Assembly: GCA_040753955.1 (NCBI GenBank)
Contig: JBFMDQ010000005.1
Span: 1-61,848 of the forward strand
Direction of reading: 5' to 3'
Length of the DNA stretch: 61,848 nt
Source of the DNA: Nitrospirota bacterium
GTDB lineage: Bacteria > Nitrospirota > Thermodesulfovibrionia > Thermodesulfovibrionales > SM23-35
This document shows, piece by piece, positions 29,385-38,938 of the stretch. A program made the position numbers and the translations under genes. The notes below the pieces were generated by a model. The model searched no databases. It was not told where the DNA came from and saw only the letters and a list, made by a program, of their open reading frames with translations. Each line of letters starts with the position of its first letter. The stretch's first letter is position 1.

Positions 29385-30311
29385 CTATTTTAGTTCTGTT
29401 AGTGTTTTATTGAGACTTTTAATATCCTCAACATTGAAGACCTTTGCCGAAGGTTCTATCCTTCTGATAAGCCCCGAGAGTACTTTCCCGGGGCCAACCT
29501 CTATAAATGTGTCTATTCCCGAATCCACGATAACCCTTATGGAATCCTCCCATAAAAGCGGATTGTTGAGCTGACGGATAAGAGATTTCTTGATGCTGTC
29601 TATATCATTCAGACACATAGCATCTGCATTATTTACAATAGGTATCAGAGGGTTCTTAAAATCTGTTTTATTGAGCAATTCTGCAAGCCTTCTTGAGGCA
29701 TTAGCCATCAACGTGCAATGAGACGGCACACTCACTGAGAGGGATACTACTCTTTTGGCCCCTTTTTCTCGGGCTAATTTCATGGCTTCTTCAACTGCTT
29801 CTTTTTCACCCGCAACTACTATCTGACCAGGAGAGTTGTAGTTGGCAGGCGATGCATAACCCGATTGTAAGGACAGGCATATTTCATCAATCTTATTTCT
29901 TTCCAAACCAAGGATTGCGGCCATGAGTCCTTTCCCCCCTGGAGCCGCTTCTTGCATGAATTGCCCTCTTTTCTCAGTAATTTTTACGGCGTCTCTAAAA
30001 GACAAAACCTCTGCTGCCACAAGGGCAGAATATTCTCCAAGGCTATGACCTGCGACAACGGATGGCTTTACCCCTTTTGATAACAAAACCCTGTTGATTG
30101 CAATGCTTACGGTAAGGATAGAGGGCTGGGTCTTGAAGGTCTTATTGAGTTCTTTCTCGGGGCCTTCAAAACAGAGTTTTGCAATATCATAGCCGGCTTC
30201 CTTCGAAGCCTCACTGAATGTATCTCTTGCCTCGACAAAATTTTCATAAATCTCTTTTCCCATTCCTACATATTGGGAACCCTGACCGGGGAAGACGAAA
30301 GCAATATTCAT
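29385..30311 (-). CDS. fabD: Malonyl-CoA:ACP transacylase
   Basis: FPGQGSQ, GHSLGEY and VPSH motifs. Confidence 0.97.
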   Translation of the reverse strand: MNIAFVFPGQGSQYVGMGKEIYENFVEARDTFSEASKEAGYDIAKLCFEGPEKELNKTFKTQPSILTVSIAINRVLLSKGVKPSVVAGHSLGEYSALVAAEVLSFRDAVKITEKRGQFMQEAAPGGKGLMAAILGLERNKIDEICLSLQSGYASPANYNSPGQIVVAGEKEAVEEAMKLAREKGAKRVVSLSVSVPSHCTLMANASRRLAELLNKTDFKNPLIPIVNNADAMCLNDIDSIKKSLIRQLNNPLLWEDSIRVIVDSGIDTFIEVGPGKVLSGLIRRIEPSAKVFNVEDIKSLNKTLTELK

Positions 30312-30335
30312 TTGAAAAAACCTTTACTCCTTTTC

Positions 30336-30433
30336 TGTCATTCCGCACTTGGTGCGGAATCCAGTCCTTCGACAAGCTCAGGATGCATGGTGAGCCTGTC
30401 AAACCATGGATTCCTGCTTTCGCAGGAATGACA
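30336..30433. repeat. Nested REP-like element
   Basis: Outer TGTCATTCC/GGAATGACA; hairpins ATTCCGCAC/GTGCGGAAT and ATTCCTGC/GCAGGAAT; inner TCGACAAGCTCA...TGAGCCTGTCAA unit. Confidence 0.85.
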
Positions 30434-30456
30434 ACGAATGAGTATCAATGACTATA

Positions 30457-31650
30457 TTATATCCTTTTAGCTTCTTTTATCTTTTTTATAAGTAAGGGGA
30501 TTATTTCATACAAATCTCCAACTATCCCATAGGTTGCGACATTAAATATGGGTGCCTCTGGATTCTTGTTTATAGCAATGATTATGTCTGATGACTGCAT
30601 GCCGACGAGATGTTGAACAGCACCTGATATCCCACAGGCGATATAAAGTTTAGGGCACACCGTTTTTCCTGTCTGACCAACTTGGTAGCTATATGAAATC
30701 CATCTTTCGTCCACAGCGGCTCTCGAAGCACCGATAGTACCACCGAGCAATCCTGCCAGCTCTTTAAGGAGCTCAAAACCTTTTGCACTTCCCAGCCCCC
30801 TACCCCCGGATACGATTATGTCTGCTTCCTGGAGATTTACTACTATATCAGAGACTTCCTTTATCGTGTCGATGACCCTTGTTCGGGAAGATATATTATC
30901 TGCCTTGATATGTATTATCTCTCCTTTTTTGCCTTTTTTATATTCTCCTCTTTTCATAACCCTTGGTCTAACTGTGGCCATCTGTGGTCTGTGATTGGTG
31001 CAGAGAATCGTAGCCATTATGTTTCCACCGAAGGCAGGGCGTACCTGCAAGAGGTTTCGTGACTCTCTGTCTATAGAGAGAGATGTACAATCTGCTGTCA
31101 AACCAGTCCTTATCTTCGCAGCAACTCTCGGGATAAAGGATCGGCCTATCGGTGTTGCACCAGCAAGAACTATCTCAGGCTTGTATGTATTTATGAGAGA
31201 AGACAGAAGTTTTGTATAGGGTTCATCATTAAACTTCTCAAAGATCGGATCATCGCAGAAAAAGACCTTATCAGCACCCCATTTTATGAGCTCTCCTGCT
31301 TCTTCTTCAGAGGCTCCGAAGAGAACAGATGAAAGTTCTACACTGAGCTCGTCAGCAAGCTTCCTGCCCGTGCCGAGAAGTTCATATGATACGGATGCAA
31401 TCTTTCCGCCTCTCTGTTCTGCAAAAACCCACACTCCTTTGTGCTCCAAAAAGTCTTGCGACTTTTTGGAGACCTCTTCTTCAATTTCTTCTATAGCACC
31501 TTCAGGGCAAACGGACAAGCATGCCTTACAGATCTGGCAGTACTCATTAATAAATGCTTTGCCTTCTCTTATTACGATTGCGTCAAATGGACATGAAGCC
31601 AGACACTCTTCGCAACCTATGCACTTATTTGTATTGACAACTATAGGCAC
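30457..31650 (-). CDS. etfA: Electron transfer flavoprotein alpha with an N-terminal 2x[4Fe-4S] ferredoxin domain
   Basis: CIGCEECLASCP and CQICKACLSVCP; GLTADCT, QVGQTGK and GISGAVQH motifs. Confidence 0.95.
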   Translation of the reverse strand: MPIVVNTNKCIGCEECLASCPFDAIVIREGKAFINEYCQICKACLSVCPEGAIEEIEEEVSKKSQDFLEHKGVWVFAEQRGGKIASVSYELLGTGRKLADELSVELSSVLFGASEEEAGELIKWGADKVFFCDDPIFEKFNDEPYTKLLSSLINTYKPEIVLAGATPIGRSFIPRVAAKIRTGLTADCTSLSIDRESRNLLQVRPAFGGNIMATILCTNHRPQMATVRPRVMKRGEYKKGKKGEIIHIKADNISSRTRVIDTIKEVSDIVVNLQEADIIVSGGRGLGSAKGFELLKELAGLLGGTIGASRAAVDERWISYSYQVGQTGKTVCPKLYIACGISGAVQHLVGMQSSDIIIAINKNPEAPIFNVATYGIVGDLYEIIPLLIKKIKEAKRI

Positions 31651-32423
31651 TTTAGTGCCTTTAGTTCCTGAATCAATGCATCAACCTGTTCTTCAGGTGT
31701 ACCTTGAAAAATCTTTTTGCCAGATCTTGCCTCAGGTGCAAATATGTTCTTCACCTGCGTTGGTGACCCTTTAAGACCAAGATTCTTCTCATCTGCATTG
31801 ATATCAGCGGGACCCCATTTTTTAACCTCAGCCTTTTTAGCAGCCATTTTACCCTTTAAAGATGGGAGTCTCGGTTCATTCAATTCCTTTACAACAGTCA
31901 GAAGAACAGGAAGCGATGATTCTACGACGTCATAACTTTCATCCATCATCCTCTGCACCCTTATATAATTCTGGGTGATGTCTTCTATCCTTCTTACGTA
32001 CGAGACATGAGGAATGTCAAGAAACCCTGCTATCTCAGGCCCAACTTGTGCAGTGTCTCCATCTATGGCCTGCTTCCCACAGATAATTATGTCAGCACCG
32101 AGTTTTTCTACAGCTTTTGATAATGTGTATGAAGTTGCCCATGTGTCAGAACCTGCAAAGGCCTTGTCTGTCAGAAGTATAGCACTATCAGCACCCATAG
32201 ATATGGCGTCACGAAGGGCAACCTCAGCCTGGGAAGGTCCCATGGTTATAACTGTGACGCCGCCTCCAACTTTTTCTCTTATCTGCAATCCTGCCTCTAT
32301 TGCATGCATGTCATAGGGATTGATGATACTCGGAACACCTTCTCTTATTAAGGTTCCCGTCTCCGGGTTGATCCTTACTTCAGCAGTATCTGGGACCTGC
32401 TTGATGCAAACGATTATTTTCAT
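31641..32423 (-). CDS. etfB: Electron transfer flavoprotein beta
   Basis: VCIKQVPD, INPYD, GSDT and GKQAIDGDTAQVGP motifs. Confidence 0.96.
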   Translation of the reverse strand: MKIIVCIKQVPDTAEVRINPETGTLIREGVPSIINPYDMHAIEAGLQIREKVGGGVTVITMGPSQAEVALRDAISMGADSAILLTDKAFAGSDTWATSYTLSKAVEKLGADIIICGKQAIDGDTAQVGPEIAGFLDIPHVSYVRRIEDITQNYIRVQRMMDESYDVVESSLPVLLTVVKELNEPRLPSLKGKMAAKKAEVKKWGPADINADEKNLGLKGSPTQVKNIFAPEARSGKKIFQGTPEEQVDALIQELKALKCL

Positions 32424-33193
32424 AAAAGATATTCCAACGAAGCTACTGCTACCTTTATTGCATTATCTTCAGCGGCTTTAAGAGCCCTTTCTGTGATCTC
32501 TTCTTTTGTAGTTCGATTGACAACCACTCCAGAAACACATCCTCCTCTGAGCCCCATGGCAGTACAAAGAGTGAGAATAGTGGATGATTCCATCTCATAA
32601 TTTAGTACGTTAAGCCTTTGCCATTCCCTCATTGAACCCTGTAAGTGTCTTGGGACGTATCGAGTGAATGAGTCATATCGCTCCTGTCCTGGATAAAATG
32701 TGTCTGATGATACAGTAATACCTACATGGTATCTTACTTCACTCTTTTTGGCAGCCTTAATAAGGGAATTAACAACTTCGTGGTTAGCTACGGCTGGATA
32801 TTCAATCGGAGCATAATGGGCTGATGCACCGTCAAGTCTGACAGAGCCAGTCGTAATTATTACATCTCCAGGTCTTATCTCTTTCTGTATTGCTCCTGTA
32901 GTTCCCACTCTGATAAATGTTTTAATTCCGAGCATCGCAAGTTCTTCTATTGCAATGGACGTTGAAGGACCCCCGATACCTGTTGAGGTTACAAGAACAG
33001 ATTTTTTATTAATAGAACATAGTGTAGTTTTGAATTCTCGTTTCCATGCAAGTTCTTCAATATCACCACCAAATTGTTTTTTAATCTTCTCAGCAATCTT
33101 TAAAACCCTGAAAGGGTCACCAGGTAATAACACAACCTTTGAATTCCCGACCTGACTTTTTTGAAGATTGAGATGGTAAGCCTTTTTCGTCAA
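32420..33193 (-). CDS. udp: Uridine phosphorylase
   Basis: YHLNL, PGDP.R, REF, STGIGGPSTSIAIEEL, RVGTTG and NYEMES motifs. Confidence 0.93.
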   Translation of the reverse strand: MTKKAYHLNLQKSQVGNSKVVLLPGDPFRVLKIAEKIKKQFGGDIEELAWKREFKTTLCSINKKSVLVTSTGIGGPSTSIAIEELAMLGIKTFIRVGTTGAIQKEIRPGDVIITTGSVRLDGASAHYAPIEYPAVANHEVVNSLIKAAKKSEVRYHVGITVSSDTFYPGQERYDSFTRYVPRHLQGSMREWQRLNVLNYEMESSTILTLCTAMGLRGGCVSGVVVNRTTKEEITERALKAAEDNAIKVAVASLEYLL

Positions 33194-33202
33194 ATTAAAA
33201 AA

Positions 33203-33934
33203 TCAATCCTCTACTTTAATGACCTTTTTCTTTGGAATCTTACGTATAAGGTCTTCAAGAGCTGAATTTAGATTCTTTTCGTCTAAGGATTCTAACGTTA
33301 CCATTACATAATAATCTTTGTTACCTACCACAGGGTAAGAGCCTATTTTTACATCTCTATGGATTTTTACCACTGTATTTAATAGCGGCGCTATTTCAGG
33401 TTCGTATTCTTTGATGTATACTTTCTTAAGCAGAAACGGCTGTTCATGAAATAGCTTCTCTATGACAAAAAACTTTTTCTCAAGATATTCTGGTATACCG
33501 GGTAGGATATATATATTTTTAAAGATTATGATCGGAAATGCAATGGCGTCATCCGTCATAAGTTCCGCACCTTCAGGAACCTCTGCTATCTTTAGCTGCT
33601 CTGGTGTTAGATTCTTACCATATCTCTTGTGGAGGAGTTTCTTTATAGAATCATCGAGAACAAGTCTTACCTTGAAAGCTTTTGCTATACCTTCAACGGT
33701 AACATCATCATGTGTCGGCCCTATCCCGCCTGATGTAAATACATAATCAAACCTTGCAGAAAATTCCTTTATTTCATTGGCTATCTCATGAACGTCATCG
33801 GGGATAATAGAAATACGGCGGACGTCGATACCGTGTAGCCTTAATTCTTTTACCATAAATTGAGAATTCATGTCCTGAACCTTTCCGGAAAGAATCTCAT
33901 CACCTATGATAATGATTCCTGCTGTCTTTGCCAT
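33203..33934 (-). CDS. CinA N-terminal / molybdopterin-binding-domain protein
   Basis: IIGDEILSG..DMN, SGGIGPTHDDVT and LPGIP motifs; no PncC domain. Confidence 0.88.
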   Translation of the reverse strand: MAKTAGIIIIGDEILSGKVQDMNSQFMVKELRLHGIDVRRISIIPDDVHEIANEIKEFSARFDYVFTSGGIGPTHDDVTVEGIAKAFKVRLVLDDSIKKLLHKRYGKNLTPEQLKIAEVPEGAELMTDDAIAFPIIIFKNIYILPGIPEYLEKKFFVIEKLFHEQPFLLKKVYIKEYEPEIAPLLNTVVKIHRDVKIGSYPVVGNKDYYVMVTLESLDEKNLNSALEDLIRKIPKKKVIKVED

Positions 33935-34028
33935 AAAAGTAACGCGTAGAATTACAAAATGGTCATTACCCCGTATTCATATTATAATTATAAAGCAAAT
34001 TCAATATTTTTAATTTTTCAGAAAGAGT

Positions 34029-34406
34029 CTACTTCGAAGTTTCTATTCTGACATGAATAGAACTCCCGAGTTTTTTTAGAGCCTCAGGAGTATCAATTAG
34101 TCTACCCACAGGGTTTACAGGGGAAACTGCCCGGGGTTCCTTTCCTTTGCTTACAGGGGTGGGACCAAAGAATATACAAAGAGCCTTGCCAGTAGGCCAT
34201 ACAGCTAGTTCTCCCACTTCCATAACATCTCTCGCATCGTGAGAAAGTTCCACCTCAATGCCACAATCTCCATAATACTCACCTCCCCATCTTGACATGC
34301 TGAATTCAAGGGGTAGTAGAGACATCAACTCTTTGGAAGAAGGAGAGTCATTAAGTTCTGCTGAAAGTTCTAATTCCCCTACCCTTATTTTTACAGGCGC
34401 TGGCAT
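34029..34406 (-). CDS. Cyclophilin-like fold protein (TM1367-like)
   Basis: LPLE...RWGGEYY...GELAVWPTGKALCIFFGPTP. Confidence 0.8.
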   Translation of the reverse strand: MPAPVKIRVGELELSAELNDSPSSKELMSLLPLEFSMSRWGGEYYGDCGIEVELSHDARDVMEVGELAVWPTGKALCIFFGPTPVSKGKEPRAVSPVNPVGRLIDTPEALKKLGSSIHVRIETSK

Positions 34407-34418
34407 AAATCCCTCTAC

Positions 34419-35321
34419 TCAGATCTCTTTAACCAGAACATAATTTGCCATCTCTGTATTTGATATCACTGCATGGCCTGTTCTTGATATAGCTATGATA
34501 CCCACCTTGATTTTAGGAGGAAACATGTTAATGCCCTTTCTGCAAGCCCTTTTGATATCCTCACCATGGAATATCATATCATACACTGTTTTTGCCAACA
34601 CCTTTTTTATAATCTCTTCACCCATTCCCGTAGTAGCCAATGCACATGCAGGACCTGCATAGAATCCGCAACCTATCATAGGCCCGTCTCCTACCCTTCC
34701 CAGCATCATTGGTGAAAAACCACCGGTCGAATTCGCCACTGCAAGGACACCTTCCTTATCTATTGCGACGGCTCCGACAGTATTGCAGAAGATCTCTTTA
34801 TAAGAAACATCATCAAAATTCCACAAAGATTCAATATCATGGCCTTTCCAAAGCGAGGCCTCTTCGCTTAATCTACCTTCTTTTATTATTTGCCTCACTC
34901 TTTTATATCTTTTTAGAACACGTTGTGAAACCTGATAAAAAGGTGCAAAGCCTCGTTTCCTTGCGAATGCCGTTGCTCCCTGACCTGATAGTGCAACGTG
35001 AGGAGTTTCCATAACGGCTTTTGCTACAAGTATCGGATTCTTTACATCTCTGATAGCGATGACTACGCCAATATTCGCGTTTGAATCCATAATAGCTGCA
35101 TCCATCTCTATTGTCTTACCATCAAGGCGCAGGACAGAGCCCCTTCCTGCATTAAATCTGCCATCATCTTCAAGGACCTGTGCTGCTTCAACTACTGCAT
35201 CTAATGAGCCTTTGCCTGCCTCAAGAAGTTCAAAGGCAGACTCGCAGGCCCTTTTACATCCATCTGAGAAGTGAGAAGGAGAACCTGCTCCACCATGAGC
35301 TACAACACCGTAGAGAATCAT
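34419..35321 (-). CDS. Isoaspartyl peptidase / L-asparaginase (Ntn hydrolase)
   Basis: HGGAG, FNAGRG, EMDAAIM, N-TVGAVA nucleophile and GRVGD motifs. Confidence 0.92.
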   Translation of the reverse strand: MILYGVVAHGGAGSPSHFSDGCKRACESAFELLEAGKGSLDAVVEAAQVLEDDGRFNAGRGSVLRLDGKTIEMDAAIMDSNANIGVVIAIRDVKNPILVAKAVMETPHVALSGQGATAFARKRGFAPFYQVSQRVLKRYKRVRQIIKEGRLSEEASLWKGHDIESLWNFDDVSYKEIFCNTVGAVAIDKEGVLAVANSTGGFSPMMLGRVGDGPMIGCGFYAGPACALATTGMGEEIIKKVLAKTVYDMIFHGEDIKRACRKGINMFPPKIKVGIIAISRTGHAVISNTEMANYVLVKEI

Positions 35322-35360
35322 TTTAACCTATACTTTCGAAGTCATTTAATATTGTTATAT

Positions 35361-35394
35361 AGGGCTCAAGGACTCGAGGGTCCTAGGATTCGAG
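35361..35394. repeat. Degenerate octamer tandem (AGGRYTCR)x4
   Basis: AGGGCTCA AGGACTCG AGGGTCCT AGGATTCG; same unit type as 43485-43516. Confidence 0.65.
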
Positions 35395-35459
35395 CAGTCA
35401 GACAAGAGCCGTAATGACAAAGTCGTAAACGAGATAGGGCATTAGATTTGCATGAATCA

Positions 35460-36650
35460 TTAATTTTCTGACCTTTTCCTCACCCCAAAACCCTTCCCCC
35501 TCAGGTCTGAGAGAATTTCCTCTAAATGTTTCTTGTTCCGTATCTCAACCATGAAAACAACTCTCGCCTTGCCTACCGGGAGGTCTCCTGCAAATCTATC
35601 GTGAACAACATCAAGGATATTCCCCCTGTGGGAAGCAATGACACCTGTCAGAGAGTGAAGGCTTCCGGGGATATCATCAACAGTTACTTCAAAAACCCCT
35701 ATCCTCCCAGTTTTTACAAGACCTTTGTGAATTATCCTGTCAACGAGTGTAAAATCTATATTGCCACCGCTGACAATAAGGACAATTCTCTTTCCAATAA
35801 ACTTCTCTCTGTTTTCTAATAGGGCTGCAAGGGGAACAGCCCCGGCACCTTCAACCACAAGTTTCTTCCTTTCCATGAAAAGGAGTATTGCCATGGCAAT
35901 GGAGTCTTCTCTCACTAAAATTATGTCATCCACATATTTATTCATAATCTCAAATGCTTTTTCTCCGATCATGCCAATCGCTATCCCATCGGCAAGAGTG
36001 GGCAATGGGGGCTTATCATAGATCTTTTTCTCCCTGAATGAAACATAGGCAGAAGTAGCGGACTCTGTCTGAACTCCAATTATCTGAGTCTTCGGCGACA
36101 AGGCCTTTACTGCAATTGAAATCCCGGATACAAGACCACCTCCTCCTACGGGGACGAATATAATGTCCACATCTCTTAAATCCTCAATTATCTCTACACC
36201 AATAGTCCCCTGACCAGCAATCACCTCTTCATCATCGAAGGCATGTATGAAAATATAATCCTCCTGGGAAAGGGCATAATCCAGTGCTTCTTTAAAACTA
36301 TCTCCATAAAGTACAACCTCTGCGCCGTAGCTCTTTGTAGCCTCTTCTTTTACAATAGGGGCTGTCACGGGCATAGCTATCTTTGCATGTATCCCGATTC
36401 TTCTTGCAGCGAAAGCAATTGCCTGCGCATGATTGCCCATAGATGCAGCTATTACTTTACCTCTGATATGAATCATCTTATTGAAGGCACCCCTGACCTT
36501 GAATGAGCCTGTCTTCTGAAGGTTTTCTGCCTTCAGATAGACCTCAGCCCCTGTCATCTTACTGAAGGAGTTGGAATAGATTAATGGAGTCTTATGGACA
36601 TGATCCCTTATATTTTCTGCTGCATTCTGGATGTCATTTATCTCTAACAC
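35460..36650 (-). CDS. ilvA: Threonine ammonia-lyase with C-terminal ACT domain
   Basis: KAENLQKTGSFKVRGA, SMGNHAQ, VPVGGGGL and SGGNID motifs. Confidence 0.93.
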   Translation of the reverse strand: MLEINDIQNAAENIRDHVHKTPLIYSNSFSKMTGAEVYLKAENLQKTGSFKVRGAFNKMIHIRGKVIAASMGNHAQAIAFAARRIGIHAKIAMPVTAPIVKEEATKSYGAEVVLYGDSFKEALDYALSQEDYIFIHAFDDEEVIAGQGTIGVEIIEDLRDVDIIFVPVGGGGLVSGISIAVKALSPKTQIIGVQTESATSAYVSFREKKIYDKPPLPTLADGIAIGMIGEKAFEIMNKYVDDIILVREDSIAMAILLFMERKKLVVEGAGAVPLAALLENREKFIGKRIVLIVSGGNIDFTLVDRIIHKGLVKTGRIGVFEVTVDDIPGSLHSLTGVIASHRGNILDVVHDRFAGDLPVGKARVVFMVEIRNKKHLEEILSDLRGKGFGVRKRSEN

Positions 36651-36890
36651 CTGCTTTTCCCCTTCTTTTTATCTTTCCTTTGATTATCATAATCGGACAC
36701 ACCATTATACCAAATCCTGTTTCTATGGATTCATGCAAATATATTTTGGGTCTCCCAAGCCTAATTCGAGGCAAGATGCCTCGACTATTTTCTAAAAGAG
36801 ATTTGGCTATTTTTGATATTCTGTGAAAATAGATCAGACACCTTGCCTGATTGAAAAATCCCTCTCTTTTCCGTTTTGAATTTTTAGGTT

Positions 36891-37158
36891 ATGATTAAAA
36901 ATACATTGCTTGAAGACCCTAATGAAGAAGAAGTGGTTAAAAAGCAGAAAGAAACCAAAATGCTCTCCAAAGAGGCATATACCACAATATGCACAAATGT
37001 AGAATGTAGGTTGAGGAGGGCAGGCTGTAGACCCCGTTGGAATTGCACACGGGGCATTGGGCTATGTGCAAAAGCGGAAGATTTTTTAATTTACCCCGGA
37101 GGAATGAATTCTAACGGGTAAAGGCTTTGAAGGCTGTCCTGGCTATGAGGGGAGGTAA
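36891..37158 (+). pseudogene. Small Cys-rich protein gene interrupted by a MITE
   Basis: Deleting 91 bp (37029-37119) restores ...ICTNVECRLRRAGCKGFEGCPGYEGR* ending at 37158. Confidence 0.7.
37030..37118. mobile_element. 89-bp MITE with a TA target duplication
   Basis: CCCGTTGGAATT / AATTCTAACGGG arms (11/12 match); TA at 37028-37029 and 37119-37120. Confidence 0.75.
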
Positions 37159-37185
37159 GGATAATTTTATAAAAGAGGATTACAG

Positions 37186-37788
37186 GTGTCCAAAATAGAC
37201 GAATTAAAAAGAAGCCTGCTGTATTCTGAAGAACTGAGAATTGAGTTAAAGAAAAATAATGACGATGAACTTTTTAAATGGTTTTTAGCGAGTATCCTCT
37301 TTGGGGCAAGAATATCTGAAACAATTGCAAAAAATACATACAAAGCCTTCGAAAAATATAATCTCCTGGAGCCGCAAAAGATATTAGAGGCGGGCTGGGA
37401 TTTCTTGGTAGATCCAATTATGAGAGAAGGAGGGTACGTCCGCTACGATTTTAAAACATCCACAAAGATCTTGAAAATTTGCGAAACCTTTATAAAGGAA
37501 TATGATGGGAGTTTGAAAAAACTGCATAACGAATCTAAAGATAAAAATGACTTGGAAAACAGATTACTGGATTTTTACGGCATCGGTCCTGTAACAATGA
37601 ATATTTTTCTGAGGGAATTAAGACCCTATTGGGAGAAGGCAGACCCAGAACCCTTGCCAATAGTCAGAAAAATAGCCCAGAAACTTGGAATAGCTTTAAA
37701 TAAGTACGGCAGGAAAAGCCCTACCTTCACAAGGATTGAGGCGGGATTGATAAGATTAAGAAGAAGTGATTTAGCTTATCCCTGCTGA
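37186..37788 (+). CDS. HhH-GPD superfamily protein (DNA glycosylase-like)
   Basis: GIGPVTMNIFLREL HhH motif; FKWFLASILFGARI and GGYVRYD; GAGG RBS before GTG. Confidence 0.75.
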   Translation: MSKIDELKRSLLYSEELRIELKKNNDDELFKWFLASILFGARISETIAKNTYKAFEKYNLLEPQKILEAGWDFLVDPIMREGGYVRYDFKTSTKILKICETFIKEYDGSLKKLHNESKDKNDLENRLLDFYGIGPVTMNIFLRELRPYWEKADPEPLPIVRKIAQKLGIALNKYGRKSPTFTRIEAGLIRLRRSDLAYPC

Positions 37789-38001
37789 CCTCTTTAGCTC
37801 TTCTAACCTCTCGTGTGTTTCTTTATGCAACTTCTTTATCGCTTCTAATCTTTCCGCCATCTCTGCTAAAAGATAACTCATTGAACTACTTTTTATCTCC
37901 CCCAATAAACCATGTTCTGATATGACATGTAGCACATCAAAAAAGGTTTCTGTAGAACTTATATGTTTGTTCATTTCATTATACCTACTCAAGTCATCCA
38001 T
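37771..38001 (-). CDS. Hypothetical 76-aa helical protein
   Basis: ORF with AAGGGGGG RBS-like element; convergent, overlapping the HhH gene by 18 bp. Confidence 0.5.
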   Translation of the reverse strand: MDDLSRYNEMNKHISSTETFFDVLHVISEHGLLGEIKSSSMSYLLAEMAERLEAIKKLHKETHERLEELKRSAGIS

Positions 38002-38029
38002 TTTGTTTTCCCCCCTTTAGTTTTGTTAT

Positions 38030-38176
38030 TAATACAAACGCATTAAATGCCTTTACATCGTCATTGCGAGCGACCAACGGGAGCGTGGCAATCTCACTTT
38101 ATAAGTAGGAGATTGCTTCGTCGCCCGCCTTTGGCGGACTCCTCGCAATGACACTTTACTTAATGCGTTTGTATTA
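38030..38176. mobile_element. 147-bp MITE with perfect 17-bp TIRs and nested REP units
   Basis: TAATACAAACGCATTAA 38030-38046 / TTAATGCGTTTGTATTA 38160-38176; inner GTCATTGCGAG/CTCGCAATGAC and GCAATCTC/GAGATTGC. Confidence 0.8.
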
Positions 38177-38218
38177 GCTTTAATTTTGATATATTCTATA
38201 CAGCAAATTAAAAATGAG

Positions 38219-38872
38219 TCAAGGAAAAAGTGTGAGATGCTTCTTAAACCACTCAGCCGCGAATCTTGCCACCTCTTCCAGCGTGCCGGGCTCTTCAAAC
38301 AAATGCGTTGCACCAGGAATAATTCTCAATTCTTTTTCAGCTTTGATCAGCTTGTATGATTGTTGATTAAGCTGGATGACTACGTCGTCGTAGCCTCCGA
38401 CTATCAGGAGAGTTGGAGCTTTAACGTGCTCAAGGGCTTGCTCTGCGAGATCTGGGCGACCGCCGCGTGAGACGATTGCACTTACTCCTATGCCAGGTTC
38501 AGTAGCTGCCAAGAGTGCTGCAGCAGCTCCTGTACTTGCCCCAAAATAGCCGATATTGAGATTTCTGGTTTGCGGCTGATCTTTGATCCATCGGGTAGCT
38601 GCTATCAAACGCTCTGCCAGCAAAGGCATATCAAAACGTTTTTCATAGAAAGTATCTTCTTCCCTGGTGAGCAGGTCAAAAAGCAGCGTGCCCAGTCCAG
38701 CTTCATGGAGCACCTGTGCCACATACTTGTTTCTCTTGCTGTGCCGGCTGCTGCCACTGCCGTGTGCAAAAATTACCAATGCCTGCGCCTCTCGAGGGAC
38801 ATCCAGAACTCCTTCGAGGACAGCGGAATCCGCAGGGATATGGACTAACTTTGAGGAGTTGTCACTAAGCAT
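38219..38872 (-). CDS. Alpha/beta hydrolase, dienelactone-hydrolase-like (the type often fused to PRTases)
   Basis: FAHGSGSSRHS, GYFGASTGA nucleophile elbow, SRGGRPDL, PGATHLFEEPG. Confidence 0.9.
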   Translation of the reverse strand: MLSDNSSKLVHIPADSAVLEGVLDVPREAQALVIFAHGSGSSRHSKRNKYVAQVLHEAGLGTLLFDLLTREEDTFYEKRFDMPLLAERLIAATRWIKDQPQTRNLNIGYFGASTGAAAALLAATEPGIGVSAIVSRGGRPDLAEQALEHVKAPTLLIVGGYDDVVIQLNQQSYKLIKAEKELRIIPGATHLFEEPGTLEEVARFAAEWFKKHLTLFP

Positions 38873-38938
38873 ACTGATCCTCTAAACAGTATTTAACCCT
38901 CAATGTGTCGAAGTTGTCAAGAATGCTAAAATTAATGT

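Noticed and set aside
36757-36784. AAGCCTAATYCGAGGCAA shared with 42305-42322 as a regulator binding site
   Set aside because: It overlaps the TCGAGGCA-AGA-TGCCTCGA REP-type hairpin, so it is more simply another repeat fragment
36891-37121. 76-aa ORF as given in the track
   Set aside because: Its C-terminal half is read-through into the MITE; better explained as an interrupted gene ending at 37158
38053-38313. 86-aa minus-strand ORF
   Set aside because: It is largely a translation of the nested MITE and overlaps the hydrolase gene
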